From contig JBAXAJ010000002.1 of the NCBI GenBank assembly GCA_037142555.1, forward strand, positions 15,029 to 79,028: a stretch of DNA of 64,000 bases, in the 5' to 3' direction. The DNA comes from Candidatus Shapirobacteria bacterium. GTDB lineage: Bacteria > Patescibacteriota > Microgenomatia > UBA12405. Shown here in pieces: positions 59,713 to 64,000 of this stretch. The notes beneath the pieces are model-generated. The model was not told the origin of the DNA and did not search any database. It saw nothing but the letters and a program-made list of their open reading frames with translations. Both the position numbers and the translations under genes were made by a program. Position 1 is the stretch's first letter, and every line of letters starts with the position of its first letter.

Positions 59713-60388
59713 CCTCTTCGTCAACAATTTGGCCACTAATCATTCGATGATTTTTAATTTCTTCTTCAGATTTTGGCATAATTGGTTCATTTTTTGTATT
59801 ATTGTCTTCAAACATTTGCCAACCTTCCATTGGAGTTAGGGAACTTAGATAAAAATTATCTACATGTAAACCATGTGGAGCCAAAGATTCTCTCAATTCG
59901 TTCTTAATTTCTTCTTCAATAAGACTTCGGTCAGTTGAAAGAGATTTAATTAAACTATGATTAGTCAAAACTTTTCTGATTCGGCTTCTAGTCACTGGTC
60001 GAACCACTTTAGAAACAAAATTTTCACCAATATTTTGCCAAATTTCAGGCAATCTTTCAGTATCAAGCTTAATTAAAACTGTTGCTTCCACTGCCACAAA
60101 CTTATTATCTTCAGTCACTGAGTTAATAATTTCATCACCCATGATTTCTTTATTCTCTTTAAGAATAATATCCTTAGAAATTGTGTATTCAATTAATTGA
60201 GCATTAAAAAGTTTTACTCGGTGGACTAGAGGAATCTTAAAATGCATACCTGGGTGCCAAACACTTTTTAAAACTCCACTGAAAATACTATAGATACAGC
60301 CAACGTGGCCTGGAGGAATAGTAACTATAAACCCGCCGACTACTTCGTCGACTAATAAAGAAACTAATAGATTATCAATTGATGCCAT
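59663..60388 (-). CDS. SPFH (band-7/stomatin/HflK-like) domain protein.
   Basis: IPPGHVGCIYS...PGMHFKIPLVHRV resembles the SPFH core. Confidence 0.5.
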   Translation of the reverse strand: MASIDNLLVSLLVDEVVGGFIVTIPPGHVGCIYSIFSGVLKSVWHPGMHFKIPLVHRVKLFNAQLIEYTISKDIILKENKEIMGDEIINSVTEDNKFVAVEATVLIKLDTERLPEIWQNIGENFVSKVVRPVTRSRIRKVLTNHSLIKSLSTDRSLIEEEIKNELRESLAPHGLHVDNFYLSSLTPMEGWQMFEDNNTKNEPIMPKSEEEIKNHRMISGQIVDEEVIQPQPETSDNFDRRF

Positions 60389-60399
60389 ATATGGATGAA

Positions 60400-61053
60400 T
60401 TATACACCAAAAGCGGTCGCTAATTTTAATAATTCGCTTTTTGGATCTTTAGCTGTCACGATTCCTGAAGCGATTAATACACCTTTAGCCCCTAGTTTAA
60501 GGGAAATTTTAATATCTTCAACTGATTTAACTCCAGCCCCAACCAAAACTGGGATTGGTGCAAATTTTTCCACCATTTTTTTAATAACTTGTGGTTTTTC
60601 GCTAGCTACCGATTTATCTTTACTTCCAATCAATTCACTTGGTTCATAAGCCACCATTGTTGGTTTTAAACTTCTTGCCCAACCATTAGCTTGGTTCAAA
60701 GAATTTAAACATAAAATTGATTCAAATTTATCTGGCCAATTTTTAAGCATACTCTTTATAGTTCCTGGTTTTAATTTATGTTCAGAATGGTTGACTAAAG
60801 ATCCATTTAAATCCAATTCTTTAGCTTGGAAAGGGGAAATAAAACCAGTTTTTGCTCCATCGGCATAATTATCTACATGTTGAATCAAAACTTTAATTTT
60901 TAGTTCATTTTTAATTCGATAAGCGTCCAAAGCTGAAACTACTGGGATGATTTCTATTCCAGTTTTTTTTGCCACTTCTTGGCAAATTTTAGCCAGTTCA
61001 ATAGCTCCTTTACCAAAACTTTCTTTATAAATTTTAAAATTAACTAAAATCAT
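60400..61053 (-). CDS. tpiA: Triosephosphate isomerase, archaeal-type short form.
   Basis: ILVNFKIY...LVNHSEHKL...AYEPSELIGS...VLVGAGV...GVLIASG; 217 aa. Confidence 0.65.
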   Translation of the reverse strand: MILVNFKIYKESFGKGAIELAKICQEVAKKTGIEIIPVVSALDAYRIKNELKIKVLIQHVDNYADGAKTGFISPFQAKELDLNGSLVNHSEHKLKPGTIKSMLKNWPDKFESILCLNSLNQANGWARSLKPTMVAYEPSELIGSKDKSVASEKPQVIKKMVEKFAPIPVLVGAGVKSVEDIKISLKLGAKGVLIASGIVTAKDPKSELLKLATAFGV

Positions 61054-61055
61054 TT

Positions 61056-62570
61056 TTATTTTAATTGGTAAGTAGTTTTAACCTGATTAATCCCATTTTG
61101 TAGGGCCACAATCACTTCTTCCATAGGTAGACTCTTTAAAGCCAAACTATTAATTGCATCTCCAAAATATTTTGCCATTGCATCATCTAGTCCACCATCC
61201 CAAGTGTTTGAAGCTAAGTACCAAGTTGTTGCCTTATCGGCTACTGACACAAAGGCTTTAGTTTTTTCATTATTAATAATTTTGTCAGATAGACTCTTTC
61301 GAGGATAAATCTCTCCAAAAGCTCTAGTTTGAGAAGCAGCTGTGTACATCTTTTCCATAGCTTCTTTTGAAGCTAAATATTCCATAAATTTCCAAGCTTC
61401 TTTTTGGTTTTTACTCTTACTATTTATTCCTTCTGCCCAATAGTTTGCCCAATGAATGTTAGTCAATTGAGTGTCTGAAGATGATTCAGCCTGACTAGTA
61501 TTATCTAAAGTTGGCAATTGAGGCACAGTCATTATCCCATAATTTAAATTAGGGTTAAGATCATTAATATTAAAAACTCTCCAAGATTGTCCAAAATAGA
61601 AAGCTAACTTGCCACTAGCAAACAATTGAGTTGAGTTTGGCAAACTCTCATCCCAAACTTTATTATCACTAGTTCTAAACATTGTGTAGAAAGTTAGAAC
61701 ATCTTTAAGTTTTTTAACTTCGTCAGGATTATTACTTAAAGGATTAACTCCATTTTGTTTAATCATCAAACCTAAAATATCACTCCATTGATCGACATTA
61801 TCGACTAATCCCATTGCTACTCCAGCTGTTTGGATTCTTCCATCAACATCTTTAACAGTCAATTTTTCAGCTGCACTCTTAAGATCCCACCAACTCTTTG
61901 GTAAACTCACTCCACCAGCATTAATTAAATCTTTGTTATAAAACAAAGCTAAACCGTCATACATCAAAGGAATTGCTTTATATTGACCACCTTCTTTAAG
62001 GCTATTTTTATAAATTTCATAGAAATCAGTGTCTAATTCTAGTTTTTTAACAGTCTCAACTGGAACTGGGGCTAAATAATCAGAAAACATAGGGAGCCAA
62101 GTGCTGTGTAGTCGATAGATATCAGGAACATCTTCACTATCACCAGTTTTGTTCAATCTTCCGATTAAACGGCTCCTGTAATCTGTTTTTGAATTCATTT
62201 TATAGTTAACTTTGATAGTTGGGTTTTTAGCTTCAAAATCAGCAATTATTCCGCTCATAACCGGAGAGTCTTCCCATAAACCCCAATAATTAAGAGTCAC
62301 TATTTTATTCTTGTTTTTTGAACCCGGGATTATAACTCCAAAAATTATAAAGAGAAGTAATATTATTCCAGCTCCAATCGCACCAAAAATTACAATTTTT
62401 TTAGTATCTATTTTTTTCTTAGCCACCGGCAAAGTTGTTGGACTGACGCTTTCAACTGGATTTGCTCCTTCAACTGGTTCCAATACTTTAACCCTTTCAA
62501 TTTGCTCATCAGGTTCAGCTATCTTTATTTTTCTTGGTGGTAATGGTGAGTTCATGTCTTCAGGATTCAC
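61056..62570 (-). CDS. Extracellular solute-binding protein (ABC-transporter SBP family 1-like) with N-terminal TM anchor.
   Basis: TM anchor followed by a ~400-aa periplasmic-binding-protein-like region. Weak. Confidence 0.45.
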   Translation of the reverse strand: MNPEDMNSPLPPRKIKIAEPDEQIERVKVLEPVEGANPVESVSPTTLPVAKKKIDTKKIVIFGAIGAGIILLLFIIFGVIIPGSKNKNKIVTLNYWGLWEDSPVMSGIIADFEAKNPTIKVNYKMNSKTDYRSRLIGRLNKTGDSEDVPDIYRLHSTWLPMFSDYLAPVPVETVKKLELDTDFYEIYKNSLKEGGQYKAIPLMYDGLALFYNKDLINAGGVSLPKSWWDLKSAAEKLTVKDVDGRIQTAGVAMGLVDNVDQWSDILGLMIKQNGVNPLSNNPDEVKKLKDVLTFYTMFRTSDNKVWDESLPNSTQLFASGKLAFYFGQSWRVFNINDLNPNLNYGIMTVPQLPTLDNTSQAESSSDTQLTNIHWANYWAEGINSKSKNQKEAWKFMEYLASKEAMEKMYTAASQTRAFGEIYPRKSLSDKIINNEKTKAFVSVADKATTWYLASNTWDGGLDDAMAKYFGDAINSLALKSLPMEEVIVALQNGINQVKTTYQLK

Positions 62571-62621
62571 ATATATATCATACCCTAAAAAACTCTCTGT
62601 TGGCTATAATATAATTAAAGT

Positions 62622-63386
62622 ATGCTTCCTTTTATTTTTTCACTAATTGCCGCCCTTCTGGTTAGCCTAATTTCTTTAATTAGCGTTTTTTTTATTTTTA
62701 TTAAAACTCCAATTTTAAAAAAACTAACTCTTTTCTTCGTTAGTTTTGCAATTGGAGGTTTGCTAGGGGATGCTTTTATCCATCTCTTACCTCAATCTTT
62801 TGAAAAATTAGGGGCCAACTTAGGCACTTCTTTTTTAATAATTGTTGGGATTCTAATCTTTTTTATAATTGAAAAAGTTTTAAGATGGCGTCATTGTCAT
62901 GACATCGATTGTTCACACGATCATCTGGATGGTCAAAACAAATCAATAATAACTCTCAGTTTAGTCGGTGACACTGTCCATAATATGATTGACGGTATGA
63001 TCATCACCGCCAGTTTTATGGTCAGCATTCCAGTCGGAATCACTACTACTTTGGCCGTCATTCTTCATGAAATTCCACAAGAAATTGGTCATTTTGGAAT
63101 TTTTATTCATAATGGGCTCTCTATCTTCAAAGCTGTAACTTATAACCTTTTTTCTGCCCTAGCCAGCATTATCGGAGTAATTTTAACCATATTTTTAGGT
63201 TCTCATGTTGCCAATTTTTATCTATATTTAATCCCCATCACCGCTGGCGGTTTCATCTATTTAGCTTCTTCAGATTTAATTCCCGAACTCCATCGTCACA
63301 AAACCAAAATCAGTCATTCTGGAATCCAACTTTTCTTCATTCTTCTCGGTGTCGCCCTCATGTCTCTTTTAGTTTTTGTTGAATAA
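62622..63386 (+). CDS. ZIP-family metal transporter.
   Basis: HEIPQEIGHFGI motif and eight TM helices. Confidence 0.7.
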   Translation: MLPFIFSLIAALLVSLISLISVFFIFIKTPILKKLTLFFVSFAIGGLLGDAFIHLLPQSFEKLGANLGTSFLIIVGILIFFIIEKVLRWRHCHDIDCSHDHLDGQNKSIITLSLVGDTVHNMIDGMIITASFMVSIPVGITTTLAVILHEIPQEIGHFGIFIHNGLSIFKAVTYNLFSALASIIGVILTIFLGSHVANFYLYLIPITAGGFIYLASSDLIPELHRHKTKISHSGIQLFFILLGVALMSLLVFVE

Positions 63387-63822
63387 AAATTGTTATCATA
63401 TCTATATGCAAATAAACATTTATACCGATGGGGGAGCCAGAGGAAATCCAGGAATTGCCGGTTACGGTCTAGTAATCTATGACAACGATTCAAAAATTAT
63501 CTATCAAGAATCAAAATTTTTAGGCATTAAAACCAATAATGAAGCTGAATATGCTGGTTTGCTTGGTGCCCTAGAATGGGTCAAAGATAATAAAGAAACT
63601 TTTAAAATAACTCAAATCAATTTCCATTCAGATTCTCAACTCGTCATTCGTCAACTCCAAGGTCTCTATAAAGTTAAAGCTCCAAATCTACTTCCACTAT
63701 TCAGACAAGCCAAAGAAATTATAAATTTAATTTCCACTCCAATTAAGTTTATCGATGTTCGTCGCGAGTCAAATGAACTTGCCGATGAACTAGCCAATCA
63801 GGCTATGGATCGAAAGTCATAA
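63376..63822 (+). CDS. rnhA: Ribonuclease HI.
   Basis: INIYTDGGARGNPG...NNEAEY...HSDSQLV...D motifs. Confidence 0.8.
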   Translation: MLNKNCYHIYMQINIYTDGGARGNPGIAGYGLVIYDNDSKIIYQESKFLGIKTNNEAEYAGLLGALEWVKDNKETFKITQINFHSDSQLVIRQLQGLYKVKAPNLLPLFRQAKEIINLISTPIKFIDVRRESNELADELANQAMDRKS

Positions 63823-63835
63823 ATATGAAAAATAA

Positions 63836-64000
63836 AAAATTAATAATTATTGCTATTTTAATAGTTTTAATTCCATTAATTCTTTTATTTCTTCCAATCA
63901 TTCTCAACTACGACAAAACCGGCAGCAACACTTTTATTCTAGACAAAAATTATTCCCATCTTTCCAGAGAACAAATCGATAAAAAAATAGACCAAGATTT
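63836..64000 (+). CDS. Hypothetical membrane-anchored protein, 5' part; continues beyond the window.
   Basis: An ATG followed by a hydrophobic helix. No stop in the window. Confidence 0.3.

Overview
This low-GC, gene-dense window looks like a chromosome segment from a Candidate Phyla Radiation (Patescibacteria)-like bacterium; that taxonomic call is an inference from the 16S signature and the gene content.

The backbone carries housekeeping genes:
- the 5' end of enolase (partial);
- groES-groEL;
- idi, followed by a tRNA-Cys, then ispH-ispG;
- a sugar-phosphate block: split transketolase, class II aldolase, PfkB kinase, rpiB-pgk-gap-rpe, and an archaeal-type TIM;
- two tandem PBP1A genes and a glycosyltransferase/envelope cluster;
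- purF, xth, recF, uppS, a ZIP transporter and rnhA.

A 16S rRNA gene sits alone, with its own terminator and no 23S downstream.

Three regions stand out from the backbone:
1. A ~5.4 kb segment at 9.1-14.5 kb sits between the tRNA-Cys and ispH. It holds purA-guaB and seven small, partly Cys-rich ORFs in three transcription units. Each unit reuses the same promoter/leader element, the same long AGAGAGGAGTG-type Shine-Dalgarno and the same covarying intrinsic terminator. Host genes in the window essentially lack a Shine-Dalgarno.
2. A second copy of this gene style lies at 41.6-42.6 kb, next to a tRNA-like gene with a GUA anticodon whose anticodon arm is nearly identical to the tRNA-Cys.
3. A smpB / 2162-aa repetitive giant protein / minus-strand tmRNA block is flanked by near-identical palindromes.

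Other notable features are a promoter-leader-terminator cassette directly upstream of ispH and a pair of VirB2/TrbC-like pilin genes divergent from a SpoIID-domain gene.

All calls are from reading the sequence. No database searches were run.
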